64,000 nucleotides of DNA from NCBI GenBank assembly GCA_037379345.1, contig CM074521.1, positions 26,064,704 to 26,128,703 of the forward strand. Reading direction: 5' to 3'. Origin of the DNA: Perna viridis (lineage: Eukaryota). Position 1 is the stretch's first letter; each line of letters starts with the position of its first letter. Below are positions 42,201 to 57,200 of this stretch, one piece after another. The translations under genes and the position numbers were made by a program. The notes beneath the pieces were generated by a model. It did not search any database, was not told the DNA's origin, and saw only the letters and a program-made list of their open reading frames with translations.

Positions 42201-45200
42201 ATTCACAGGAACCTGAAATAAGGCAATATGATTTTAATCAACTACCAAATGGCAAATCATGCTCACTACCACCACATTCAATTGCACAAAAATACACAGA
42301 CAAACATCTTTCAATTTATTTGGTATGAACACTCATGAAAAAATACAGATACAAACACGACAAAAGTTCAATATCCTACCTGTTTTGTTGTCACAGTGCC
42401 ATCAGGAGCAGTGAATTTCACAGTGAATGATTTAATGTTATCAGTTGAAACCAATTTCACTTCTTTTATAGGTCTCTCCTCTGAAGGTGTGTATTCCACA
42501 GAAAGTGTTGGTTGGGAACTTTCAAATGGGGTCTTAGATGTTGGTCTCAAGTCTTCAACATTTCCTGTACTATCACTAACAGACAATTCACTACTTGGAA
42601 TAAATGTTGGTGACTCCATACCATCTGTTATTTCGCAAACAGGAGTTGTACTGGCAGTTCCTGTAAAGCAACAAAAACTCCAATCAATATCAGCTGCTGT
42701 AAGTTATGTTTGCCAGAAATATTTCTCAACAAAACATGTTCTGTTGACTCAAAAAGTGATGGCCCACATTTTTATACAGATGTAAGGGATATAACAAAAC
42801 GTACCTGTAGTAGTAATGCCTGGTGGTGTGGCTGTACTTGAAACTTTCTCTGAGGTTGAACTTACAGCAGTGGTTACTGTAGTTGTTGATTCTATGAAAG
42901 AAAACCAATAGACACTGTAACTACATAGATCAAATTAATAGACTGATACCTACATTACAAATCAGATTTATAACAGAATTTAACACTGACTGCATGTTCA
43001 GGAAAAGATTGTGTATTCAAAACAAAGCAAAAAAAAGAACAGATGACTGGAAAATAATCAAATGACTTATTATCTAATTTCGGCAATTAGTATTCTTCAA
43101 GAAAACAATTTTAAACAACTGATTTGATACTGCCAACATTATTCACTGAAACACCAATCAAACTGATCACTGATGTTTTGGTATATTCATTCAACCACAA
43201 TAAGGCATTCACGTACGTACCAACTTCAAAGCAAGCATGTATCTGTATTTGGAGTTTGACTGGTTTGTAAGCGTCAATTTTGTCCTCAGGTGTTACAATA
43301 ATTTCAACTTTCTTTACAAATGGTCTTGTTCCAACACTTGTTGCAACCTCATCCACAGGTACCTGTACAAAAATCAAAAACATGTATATACAACCTTTCT
43401 ACATGTAGCAATCAAAGCATAACCATAATCACAATATTAGTTATGGAAAATGTCTAGGATTTATGAGTCATTCACTGTACGGTTTATTTGAATTGCAAAG
43501 AAAAACTCTAACATGATAACTGCGAAGAAAGCATACCTGTTTTGTTGTCACTGAACCATCGGGATTAGTGAATTTCACTGTAAATGATTTAATGTTGTCC
43601 GTTGACACCAGCTTAACTTCTTTTACAGGTCTTTCTTCTGACGGTGTGTATACTATGGAAAGTGTTGGTTCAGAACTTTCAAATGGAGTATCAGAGGTTG
43701 GTCTCAGGTTCTCAATATTTCCTGTTTTGTCACTCACAGATAATTCACTACTTGGAATAAATGTAGGTGACTCCATACCATCTGTTATTTCACAAAGAGG
43801 AGTTGTACTGGCTGTTCCTGTAAAACAATCAGGTCACTCTCGTCATTACATGCAAAGAAAACATAATTTGTTATTTCTCGAACCATTTTAAGTTGACAAA
43901 ATCAATTGAATTTTTAGACAAGTGTATCATCTCTTCCAACAGAACTTTTGTACTTGACAGTTGCATAAACAGTATCAAATATTTCTGAACTAACCTGTAC
44001 TTGATGTACTTGGTGGTGCAGTTGTACTGGTTACTTTCTTTGAGACAGAAGAAACAGGTGTGGTAGCAGTTGTTGTTGATTCTGCAAAATAATTAAGAAT
44101 ATCAATTGTTTGTGACAAAGATAAAAGATTATTGCACAACAAATGTTATGAAAACCAAAATCTTTAAAAGTATTGTCACATAACTACAATGCACAAACTG
44201 ATGTCTACCAAAAATGATGCTAAGGTATTGTTTTGTTGATTTCCACTGTTCTTAACAAATAAAATAATTAATATTCCATCATATAAAAGTCACATACCAA
44301 GTTCAAAGCAAGCATGGATCTGTACTTGGAGCTTGACTGGTTTGTAGGCATCAATCTTATCTTGAGGAGTTATGATGATTTCAACTTTCTTCACATCTGG
44401 TTCAGTTCCTACATTTGTTGCTACTTCATTCACAGGAACCTGAAATAAGGCAATATGATTTTAATCAACTACCAAATGGCAAATCATGCTCACTACCACC
44501 ACATTCAATTGCACAAAAATACACAGACAAACATCTTTCAATTTATTTGGTATGAACACTCATGAAAAAATGCAGATACAAACACAACAAAAGTTCAATA
44601 TCCTACCTGTTTTGTTGTCACAGTGCCATCAGGAGCAGTGAATTTCACAGTGAATGATTTAATGTTATCAGTTGAAACCAATTTCACTTCTTTTATAGGT
44701 CTCTCCTCTGAAGGTGTGTATTCCACAGAAAGTGTTGGTTGGGAACTTTCAAATGGGGTCTTAGATGTTGGTCTCAAGTCTTCAACATTTCCTGTACTAT
44801 CACTAACAGACAATTCACTACTTGGAATAAATGTTGGTGACTCCATACCATCTGTTATTTCGCAAACAGGAGTTGTACTGGCAGTTCCTGTAAAGCAACA
44901 AAAACTCCAATCAATATCAGCTGCTGTAAGTTATGTTTGCCAGAAATATTTCTCAACAAAACATGTTCTGTTGACTCAAAAAGTGATGGTCCACATTTTT
45001 ATACAGATGTAAGGGATATAACAAAACGTACCTGTAGTAGTAATGCCTGGTGGTGTGGCTGTACTTGAAACTTTCTCTGAGGTTGAACTTACAGCAGTGG
45101 TTACTGTAGTTGTTGATTCTATGAAAGAAAACCAATAGACACTGTAACTACATAGATCAAATTAATAGACTGATACCTACATTACAAATCAGATTTATAA

Positions 45201-48200
45201 CAGAATTTAACACTGACTGCATGTTCAGGAAAAGATTGTGTATTCAAAACAAAGCAAAAAAAAGAACAGATGACTGGAAAATAATCAAATGACTTATTAT
45301 CTAATTTCGGCAATTAGTATTCTTCAAGAAAACAATTTTAAACAACTGATTTGATACTGCCAACATTATTCACTGAAACACCAATCAAACTGATCACTGA
45401 TGTTTTGGTATATTCATTCAACCACAATAAGGCATTCACATACGTACCAACTTCAAAGCAAGCATGTATCTGTATTTGGAGTTTGACTGGTTTGTAAGCG
45501 TCAATTTTGTCCTCAGGTGTTACAATAATTTCAACTTTCTTTACAAATGGTCTTGTTCCAACACTTGTTGCAACCTCATCCACAGGTACCTGTACAAAAA
45601 TCAAAAACATGTATATACAACCTTTCTACATGTAGCAATCAAAGCATAACCATAATCACAATATTAGTTATGGAAAATGTCTAGGATTTATGAGTCATTC
45701 ACTGTACAGTTTATTTGAATTGCAAAGAAAAACTCTAACATGATAACTGCGAAGGAAACATACCTGTTTTGTTGTCACTGAACCATCGGGATTAGTGAAT
45801 TTCACTGTAAATGATTTAATGTTGTCCGTTGACACCAGCTTAACTTCTTTTACAGGTCTTTCTTCTGACGGTGTGTATACTATGGAAAGTGTTGGTTCAG
45901 AACTTTCAAATGGAGTATCAGAGGTTGGTCTCAGGTTCTCAATATTTCCTGTTTTGTCACTCACAGATAATTCACTACTTGGAATAAATGTAGGTGACTC
46001 CATACCATCTGTTATTTCACAAAGAGGAGTTGTACTGGCTGTTCCTGTAAAACAATCAGGTCACTCTCGTCATTACATGCAAAGAAAACATAATTTGTTA
46101 TTTCTCGAACCATTTTAAGTTGACAAAATCAATTGAATTTTTAGACAAGTGTATCATCTCTTCCAACAGAACTTTTGTACTTGACAGTTGCATAAACAGT
46201 ATCAAATATTTCTGAACTAACCTGTACTTGATGTACTTGGTGGTGCAGTTGTACTGGTTACTTTCTTTGAGACAGAAGAAACAGGTGTGGTAGCAGTTGT
46301 TGTTGATTCTGCAAAATAATTAAGAATATCAATTGTTTGTGACAAAGATAAAAGATTATTGCACAACAAATGTTATGAAAACCAAAATCTTTAAAAGTAT
46401 TGTCACATAACTACAATGCACAAACTGATGTCTACCAAAAATGATGCTAAGGTATTGTTTTGTTGATTTCCACTGTTCTTAACAAATAAAATAATTAATA
46501 TTCCATCATATAAAAGTCACATACCAAGTTCAAAGCAAGCATGGATCTGTACTTGGAGCTTAACTGGTTTGTAGGCATCAATCTTATCTTGAGGAGTTAT
46601 GATGATTTCAACTTTCTTCACATCTGGTTCAGTTCCTACATTTGTTGCTACTTCATTCACAGGAACCTGAAATAAGGCAATATGATTTTAATCAACTACC
46701 AAATGGCAAATCATGCTCACTACCACCACATTCAATTGCACAAAAATACACAGACAAACATCTTTCAATTTATTTGGTATGAACACTCATGAAAAAATGC
46801 AGATACAAACACAACAAAAGTTCAATATCCTACCTGTTTTGTTGTCACAGTGCCATCAGGAGCAGTGAATTTCACAGTGAATGATTTAATGTTATCAGTT
46901 GAAACCAATTTCACTTCTTTTATAGGTCTCTCCTCTGAAGGTGTGTATTCCACAGAAAGTGTTGGTTGGGAACTTTCAAATGGGGTCTTAGATGTTGGTC
47001 TCAAGTCTTCAACATTTCCTGTACTATCACTAACAGACAATTCACTACTTGGAATAAATGTTGGTGACTCCATACCATCTGTTATTTCGCAAACAGGAGT
47101 TGTACTGGCAGTTCCTGTAAAGCAACAAAAACTCCAATCAATATCAGCTGCTGTAAGTTATGTTTGCCAGAAATATTTCTCAACAAAACATGTTCTGTTG
47201 ACTCAAAAAGTGATGGTCCACATTTTTATACAGATGTAAGGGATATAACAAAACGTACCTGTAGTAGTAATGCCTGGTGGTGTGGCTGTACTTGAAACTT
47301 TCTCTGAGGTTGAACTTACAGCAGTGGTTACTGTAGTTGTTGATTCTATGAAAGAAAACCAATAGACACTGTAACTACATAGATCAAATTAATAGACTGA
47401 TACCTACATTACAAATCAGATTTATAACAGAATTTAACACTGACTGCATGTTCAGGAAAAGATTGTGTATTCAAAACAAAGCAAAAAAAAGAACAGACGA
47501 CTGGAAAATAATCAAATGACTTATTATCTAATTTCGGCAATTAGTATTCTTCAAGAAAACAATTTTAAACAACTGATTTGATACTGCCAACATTATTCAC
47601 TGAAACACCAATCAAACTGATCACTGATGTTTTGGTATATTCATTCAACCACAATAAGGCATTCACATACGTACCAACTTCAAAGCAAGCATGTATCTGT
47701 ATTTGGAGTTTGACTGGTTTGTAAGCGTCAATTTTGTCCTCAGGTGTTACAATAATTTCAACTTTCTTTACAAATGGTCTTGTTCCAACACTTGTTGCAA
47801 CCTCATCCACAGGTACCTGTACAAAAATCAAAAACATGTATATACAACCTTTCTACATGTAGCAATCAAAGCATAACCATAATCACAATATTAGTTATGG
47901 AAAATGTCTAGGATTTATGAGTCATTCACTGTACGGTTTATTTGAATTGCAAAGAAAAACTCTAACATGATAACTGCGAAGGAAACATACCTGTTTTGTT
48001 GTCACTGAACGATCGGGATTAGTGAATTTCACTGTAAATGATTTAATGTTGTCCGTTGACACCAGCTTAACTTCTTTTACAGGTCTTTCTTCTGACGGTG
48101 TGTATACTATGGAAAGTGTTGGTTCAGAACTTTCAAATGGAGTATCAGAGGTTGGTCTCAGGTTCTCAATATTTCCTGTTTTGTCACTCACAGATAATTC

Positions 48201-51200
48201 ACTACTTGGAATAAATGTAGGTGACTCCATACCATCTGTTATTTCACAAAGAGGAGTTGTACTGGCTGTTCCTGTAAAACAATCAGGTCACTCTCGTCAT
48301 TACATGCAAAGAAAACATAATTTGTTATTTCTCGAACCATTTTAAGTTGACAAAATCAATTGAATTTTTAGACAAGTGTATCATCTCTTCCAACAGAACT
48401 TTTGTACTTGACAGTTGCATAAACAGTATCAAATATTTCTGAACTAACCTGTACTTGATGTACTTGGTGGTGCAGTTGTACTGGTTACTTTCTTTGAGAC
48501 AGAAGAAACAGGTGTGGTAGCAGTTGTTGTTGATTCTGCAAAATAATTAAGAATATCAATTGTTTGTGACAAAGATAAAAGATTATTGCACAACAAATGT
48601 TATGAAAACCAAAATCTTTAAAAGTATTGTCACATAACTACAATGCACAAACTGATGTCTACCAAAAATGATGCTAAGGTATTGTTTTGTTGATTTCCAC
48701 TGTTCTTAACAAATAAAATAATTAATATTCCATCATATAAAAGTCACATACCAAGTTCAAAGCAAGCATGGATCTGTACTTGGAGCTTGACTGGTTTGTA
48801 GGCATCAATCTTATCTTGAGGAGTTATGATGATTTCAACTTTCTTCACATCTGGTTCAGTTCCTACATTTGTTGCTACTTCATTCACAGGAACCTGAAAT
48901 AAGGCAATATGATTTTAATCAACTACCAAATGGCAAATCATGCTCACTACCACCACATTCAATTGCACAAAAATACACAGACAAACATCTTTCAATTTAT
49001 TTGGTATGAACACTCATGAAAAAATGCAGATACAAACACAACAAAAGTTCAATATCCTACCTGTTTTGTTGTCACAGTGCCATCAGGAGCAGTGAATTTC
49101 ACAGTGAATGATTTAATGTTATCAGTTGAAACCAATTTCACTTCTTTTATAGGTCTCTCCTCTGAAGGTGTGTATTCCACAGAAAGTGTTGGTTGGGAAC
49201 TTTCAAATGGGGTCTTAGATGTTGGTCTCAAGTCTTCAACATTTCCTGTACTATCACTAACAGACAATTCACTACTTGGAATAAATGTTGGTGACTCCAT
49301 ACCATCTGTTATTTCGCAAACAGGAGTTGTACTGGCAGTTCCTGTAAAGCAACAAAAACTCCAATCAATATCAGCTGCTGTAAGTTATGTTTGCCAGAAA
49401 TATTTCTCAACAAAACATGTTCTGTTGACTCAAAAAGTGATGGTCCACATTTTTATACAGATGTAAGGGATATAACAAAACGTACCTGTAGTAGTAATGC
49501 CTGGTGGTGTGGCTGTACTTGAAACTTTCTCTGAGGTTGAACTTACAGCAGTGGTTACTGTAGTTGTTGATTCTATGAAAGAAAACCAATAGACACTGTA
49601 ACTACATAGATCAAATTAATAGACTGATACCTACATTACAAATCAGATTTATAACAGAATTTAACACTGACTGCATGTTCAGGAAAAGATTGTGTATTCA
49701 AAACAAAGCAAAAAAAAGAACAGATGACTGGAAAATAATCAAATGACTTATTATCTAATTTCGGCAATTAGTATTCTTCAAGAAAACAATTTTAAACAAC
49801 TGATTTGATACTGCCAACATTATTCACTGAAACACCAATCAAACTGATCACTGATGTTTTGGTATATTCATTCAACCACAATAAGGCATTCACATACGTA
49901 CCAACTTCAAAGCAAGCATGTATCTGTATTTGGAGTTTGACTGGTTTGTAAGCGTCAATTTTGTCCTCAGGTGTTACAATAATTTCAACTTTCTTTACAA
50001 ATGGTCTTGTTCCAACACTTGTTGCAACCTCATCCACAGGTACCTGTACAAAAATCAAAAACATGTATATACAACCTTTCTACATGTAGCAATCAAAGCA
50101 TAACCATAATCACAATATTAGTTATGGAAAATGTCTAGGATTTATGAGTCATTCACTGTACAGTTTATTTGAATTGCAAAGAAAAACTCTAACATGATAA
50201 CTGCGAAGGAAACATACCTGTTTTGTTGTCACTGAACCATCGGGATTAGTGAATTTCACTGTAAATGATTTAATGTTGTCCGTTGACACCAGCTTAACTT
50301 CTTTTACAGGTCTTTCTTCTGACGGTGTGTATACTATGGAAAGTGTTGGTTCAGAACTTTCAAATGGAGTATCAGAGGTTGGTCTCAGGTTCTCAATATT
50401 TCCTGTTTTGTCACTCACAGATAATTCACTACTTGGAATAAATGTAGGTGACTCCATACCATCTGTTATTTCACAAAGAGGAGTTGTACTGGCTGTTCCT
50501 GTAAAACAATCAGGTCACTCTCGTCATTACATGCAAAGAAAACATAATTTGTTATTTCTCGAACCATTTTAAGTTGACAAAATCAATTGAATTTTTAGAC
50601 AAGTGTATCATCTCTTCCAACAGAACTTTTGTACTTGACAGTTGCATAAACAGTATCAAATATTTCTGAACTAACCTGTACTTGATGTACTTGGTGGTGC
50701 AGTTGTACTGGTTACTTTCTTTGAGACAGAAGAAACAGGTGTGGTAGCAGTTGTTGTTGATTCTGCAAAATAATTAAGAATATCAATTGTTTGTGACAAA
50801 GATAAAAGATTATTGCACAACAAATGTTATGAAAACCAAAATCTTTAAAAGTATTGTCACATAACTACAATGCACAAACTGATGTCTACCAAAAATGATG
50901 CTAAGGTATTGTTTTGTTGATTTCCACTGTTCTTAACAAATAAAATAATTAATATTCCATCATATAAAAGTCACATACCAAGTTCAAAGCAAGCATGGAT
51001 CTGTACTTGGAGCTTAACTGGTTTGTAGGCATCAATCTTATCTTGAGGAGTTATGATGATTTCAACTTTCTTCACATCTGGTTCAGTTCCTACATTTGTT
51101 GCTACTTCATTCACAGGAACCTGAAATAAGGCAATATGATTTTAATCAACTACCAAATGGCAAATCATGCTCACTACCACCACATTCAATTGCACAAAAA

Positions 51201-54200
51201 TACACAGACAAACATCTTTCAATTTATTTGGTATGAACACTCATGAAAAAATGCAGATACAAACACAACAAAAGTTCAATATCCTACCTGTTTTGTTGTC
51301 ACAGTGCCATCAGGAGCAGTGAATTTCACAGTGAATGATTTAATGTTATCAGTTGAAACCAATTTCACTTCTTTTATAGGTCTCTCCTCTGAAGGTGTGT
51401 ATTCCACAGAAAGTGTTGGTTGGGAACTTTCAAATGGGGTCTTAGATGTTGGTCTCAAGTCTTCAACATTTCCTGTACTATCACTAACAGACAATTCACT
51501 ACTTGGAATAAATGTTGGTGACTCCATACCATCTGTTATTTCGCAAACAGGAGTTGTACTGGCAGTTCCTGTAAAGCAACAAAAACTCCAATCAATATCA
51601 GCTGCTGTAAGTTATGTTTGCCAGAAATATTTCTCAACAAAACATGTTCTGTTGACTCAAAAAGTGATGGTCCACATTTTTATACAGATGTAAGGGATAT
51701 AACAAAACGTACCTGTAGTAGTAATGCCTGGTGGTGTGGCTGTACTTGAAACTTTCTCTGAGGTTGAACTTACAGCAGTGGTTACTGTAGTTGTTGATTC
51801 TATGAAAGAAAACCAATAGACACTGTAACTACATAGATCAAATTAATAGACTGATACCTACATTACAAATCAGATTTATAACAGAATTTAACACTGACTG
51901 CATGTTCAGGAAAAGATTGTGTATTCAAAACAAAGCAAAAAAAAGAACAGACGACTGGAAAATAATCAAATGACTTATTATCTAATTTCGGCAATTAGTA
52001 TTCTTCAAGAAAACAATTTTAAACAACTGATTTGATACTGCCAACATTATTCACTGAAACACCAATCAAACTGATCACTGATGTTTTGGTATATTCATTC
52101 AACCACAATAAGGCATTCACATACGTACCAACTTCAAAGCAAGCATGTATCTGTATTTGGAGTTTGACTGGTTTGTAAGCGTCAATTTTGTCCTCAGGTG
52201 TTACAATAATTTCAACTTTCTTTACAAATGGTCTTGTTCCAACACTTGTTGCAACCTCATCCACAGGTACCTGTACAAAAATCAAAAACATGTATATACA
52301 ACCTTTCTACATGTAGCAATCAAAGCATAACCATAATCACAATATTAGTTATGGAAAATGTCTAGGATTTATGAGTCATTCACTGTACGGTTTATTTGAA
52401 TTGCAAAGAAAAACTCTAACATGATAACTGCGAAGGAAACATACCTGTTTTGTTGTCACTGAACGATCGGGATTAGTGAATTTCACTGTAAATGATTTAA
52501 TGTTGTCCGTTGACACCAGCTTAACTTCTTTTACAGGTCTTTCTTCTGACGGTGTGTATACTATGGAAAGTGTTGGTTCAGAACTTTCAAATGGAGTATC
52601 AGAGGTTGGTCTCAGGTTCTCAATATTTCCTGTTTTGTCACTCACAGATAATTCACTACTTGGAATAAATGTAGGTGACTCCATACCATCTGTTATTTCA
52701 CAAAGAGGAGTTGTACTGGCTGTTCCTGTAAAACAATCAGGTCACTCTCGTCATTACATGCAAAGAAAACATAATTTGTTATTTCTCGAACCATTTTAAG
52801 TTGACAAAATCAATTGAATTTTTAGACAAGTGTATCATCTCTTCCAACAGAACTTTTGTACTTGACAGTTGCATAAACAGTATCAAATATTTCTGAACTA
52901 ACCTGTACTTGATGTACTTGGTGGTGCAGTTGTACTGGTTACTTTCTTTGAGACAGAAGAAACAGGTGTGGTAGCAGTTGTTGTTGATTCTGCAAAATAA
53001 TTAAGAATATCAATTGTTTGTGACAAAGATAAAAGATTATTGCACAACAAATGTTATGAAAACCAAAATCTTTAAAAGTATTGTCACATAACTACAATGC
53101 ACAAACTGATGTCTACCAAAAATGATGCTAAGGTATTGTTTTGTTGATTTCCACTGTTCTTAACAAATAAAATAATTAATATTCCATCATATAAAAGTCA
53201 CATACCAAGTTCAAAGCAAGCATGGATCTGTACTTGGAGCTTGACTGGTTTGTAGGCATCAATCTTATCTTGAGGAGTTATGATGATTTCAACTTTCTTC
53301 ACATCTGGTTCAGTTCCTACATTTGTTGCTACTTCATTCACAGGAACCTGAAATAAGGCAATATGATTTTAATCAACTACCAAATGGCAAATCATGCTCA
53401 CTACCACCACATTCAATTGCACAAAAATACACAGACAAACATCTTTCAATTTATTTGGTATGAACACTCATGAAAAAATGCAGATACAAACACAACAAAA
53501 GTTCAATATCCTACCTGTTTTGTTGTCACAGTGCCATCAGGAGCAGTGAATTTCACAGTGAATGATTTAATGTTATCAGTTGAAACCAATTTCACTTCTT
53601 TTATAGGTCTCTCCTCTGAAGGTGTGTATTCCACAGAAAGAGTTGGTTGGGAACTTTCAAATGGGGTCTTAGATGTTGGTCTCAAGTCTTCAACATTTCC
53701 TGTACTATCACTAACAGACAATTCACTACTTGGAATAAATGTTGGTGACTCCATACCATCTGTTATTTCGCAAACAGGAGTTGTACTGGCAGTTCCTGTA
53801 AAGCAACAAAAACTCCAATCAATATCAGCTGCTGTAAGTTATGTTTGCCAGAAATATTTCTCAACAAAACATGTTCTGTTGACTCAAAAAGTGATGGTCC
53901 ACATTTTTATACAGATGTAAGGGATATAACAAAACGTACCTGTAGTAGTAATGCCTGGTGGTGTGGCTGTACTTGAAACTTTCTCTGAGGTTGAACTTAC
54001 AGCAGTGGTTACTGTAGTTGTTGATTCTATGAAAGAAAACCAATAGACACTGTAACTACATAGATCAAATTAATAGACTGATACCTACATTACAAATCAG
54101 ATTTATAACAGAATTTAACACTGACTGCATGTTCAGGAAAAGATTGTGTATTCAAAACAAAGCAAAAAAAAGAACAGATGACTGGAAAATAATCAAATGA

Positions 54201-57200
54201 CTTATTATCTAATTTCGGCAATTAGTATTCTTCAAGAAAACAATTTTAAACAACTGATTTGATACTGCCAACATTATTCACTGAAACACCAATCAAACTG
54301 ATCACTGATGTTTTGGTATATTCATTCAACCACAATAAGGCATTCACATACGTACCAACTTCAAAGCAAGCATGTATCTGTATTTGGAGTTTGACTGGTT
54401 TGTAAGCGTCAATTTTGTCCTCAGGTGTTACAATAATTTCAACTTTCTTTACAAATGGTCTTGTTCCAACACTTGTTGCAACCTCATCCACAGGTACCTG
54501 TACAAAAATCAAAAACATGTATATACAACCTTTCTACATGTAGCAATCAAAGCATAACCATAATCACAATATTAGTTATGGAAAATGTCTAGGATTTACG
54601 AGTCATTCACTGTACGGTTTATTTGAATTGCAAAGAAAAACTCTAACATGATAACTGCGAAGAAAGCATACCTGTTTTGTTGTCACTGAACCATCGGGAT
54701 TAGTGAATTTCACTGTAAATGATTTAATGTTGTCCGTTGACACCAGCTTAACTTCTTTTACAGGTCTTTCTTCTGACGGTGTGTATACTATGGAAAGTGT
54801 TGGTTCAGAACTTTCAAATGGAGTATCAGAGGTTGGTCTCAGGTTCTCAATATTTCCTGTTTTGTCACTCACAGATAATTCACTACTTGGAATAAATGTA
54901 GGTGACTCCATACCATCTGTTATTTCACAAAGAGGAGTTGTACTGGCTGTTCCTGTAAAACAATCAGGTCACTCTCGTCATTACATGCAAAGAAAACATA
55001 ATTTGTTATTTCTCGAACCATTTTAAGTTGACAAAATCAATTGAATTTTTAGACAAGTGTATCATCTCTTCCAACAGAACTTTTGTACTTGACAGTTGCA
55101 TAAACAGTATCAAATATTTCTGAACTAACCTGTACTTGATGTACTTGGTGGTGCAGTTGTACTGGTTACTTTCTTTGAGACAGAAGAAACAGGTGTGGTA
55201 GCAGTTGTTGTTGATTCTGCAAAATAATTAAGAATATCAATTGTTTGTGACAAAGATAAAAGATTATTGCACAACAAATGTTATGAAAACCAAAATCTTT
55301 AAAAGTATTGTCACATAACTACAATGCACAAACTGATGTCTACCAAAAATGATGCTAAGGTATTGTTTTGTTGATTTCCACTGTTCTTAACAAATAAAAT
55401 AATTAATATTCCATCATATAAAAGTCACATACCAAGTTCAAAGCAAGCATGGATCTGTACTTGGAGCTTGACTGGTTTGTAGGCATCAATCTTATCTTGA
55501 GGAGTTATGATGATTTCAACTTTCTTCACATCTGGTTCAGTTCCTACATTTGTTGCTACTTCATTCACAGGAACCTGAAATAAGGCAATATGATTTTAAT
55601 CAACTACCAAATGGCAAATCATGCTCACTACCACCACATTCAATTGCACAAAAATACACAGACAAACATCTTTCAATTTATTTGGTATGAACACTCATGA
55701 AAAAATGCAGATACAAACACAACAAAAGTTCAATATCCTACCTGTTTTGTTGTCACAGTGCCATCAGGAGCAGTGAATTTCACAGTGAATGATTTAATGT
55801 TATCAGTTGAAACCAATTTCACTTCTTTTATAGGTCTCTCCTCTGAAGGTGTGTATTCCACAGAAAGTGTTGGTTGGGAACTTTCAAATGGGGTCTTAGA
55901 TGTTGGTCTCAAGTCTTCAACATTTCCTGTACTATCACTAACAGACAATTCACTACTTGGAATAAATGTTGGTGACTCCATACCATCTGTTATTTCGCAA
56001 ACAGGAGTTGTACTGGCAGTTCCTGTAAAGCAACAAAAACTCCAATCAATATCAGCTGCTGTAAGTTATGTTTGCCAGAAATATTTCTCAACAAAACATG
56101 TTCTGTTGACTCAAAAAGTGATGGTCCACATTTTTATACAGATGTAAGGGATATAACAAAACGTACCTGTAGTAGTAATGCCTGGTGGTGTGGCTGTACT
56201 TGAAACTTTCTCTGAGGTTGAACGTACAGCAGTGGTTACTGTAGTTGTTGATTCTATGAAAGAAAACCAATAGACACTGTAACTACATAGATCAAATTAA
56301 TAGACTGATACCTACATTACAAATCAGATTTATAACAGAATTTAACACTGACTGCATGTTCAGGAAAAGATTGTGTATTCAAAACAAAGCAAAAAAAAGA
56401 ACAGATGACTGGAAAATAATCAAATGACTTATTATCTAATTTCGGCAATTAGTATTCTTCAAGAAAACAATTTTAAACAACTGATTTGATACTGCCAACA
56501 TTATTCACTGAAACACCAATCAAACTGATCACTGATGTTTTGGTATATTCATTCAACCACAATAAGGCATTCACATACGTACCAACTTCAAAGCAAGCAT
56601 GTATCTGTATTTGGAGTTTGACTGGTTTATAAGCGTCAATTTTGTCCTCAGGTGTTACAATAATTTCAACTTTCTTTACAAATGGTCTTGTTCCAACACT
56701 TGTTGCAACCTCATCCACAGGTACCTGTACAAAAATCAAAAACATGTATATACAACCTTTCTACATGTAGCAATCAAAGCATAACCATAATCACAATATT
56801 AGTTATGGAAAATGTCTAGGATTTATGAGTCATTCACTGTACGGTTTATTTGAATTGCAAAGAAAAACTCTAACATGATAACTGCGAAGGAAACATACCT
56901 GTTTTGTTGTCACTGAACGATCGGGATTAGTGAATTTCACTGTAAATGATTTAATGTTGTCCGTTGACACCAGCTTAACTTCTTTTACAGGTCTTTCTTC
57001 TGACGGTGTGTATACTATGGAAAGTGTTGGTTCAGAACTTTCAAATGGAGTATCAGAGGTTGGTCTCAGGTTCTCAATATTTCCTGTTTTGTCACTCACA
57101 GATAATTCACTACTTGGAATAAATGTAGGTGACTCCATACCATCTGTTATTTCACAAAGAGGAGTTGTACTGGCTGTTCCTGTAAAACAATCAGGTCACT

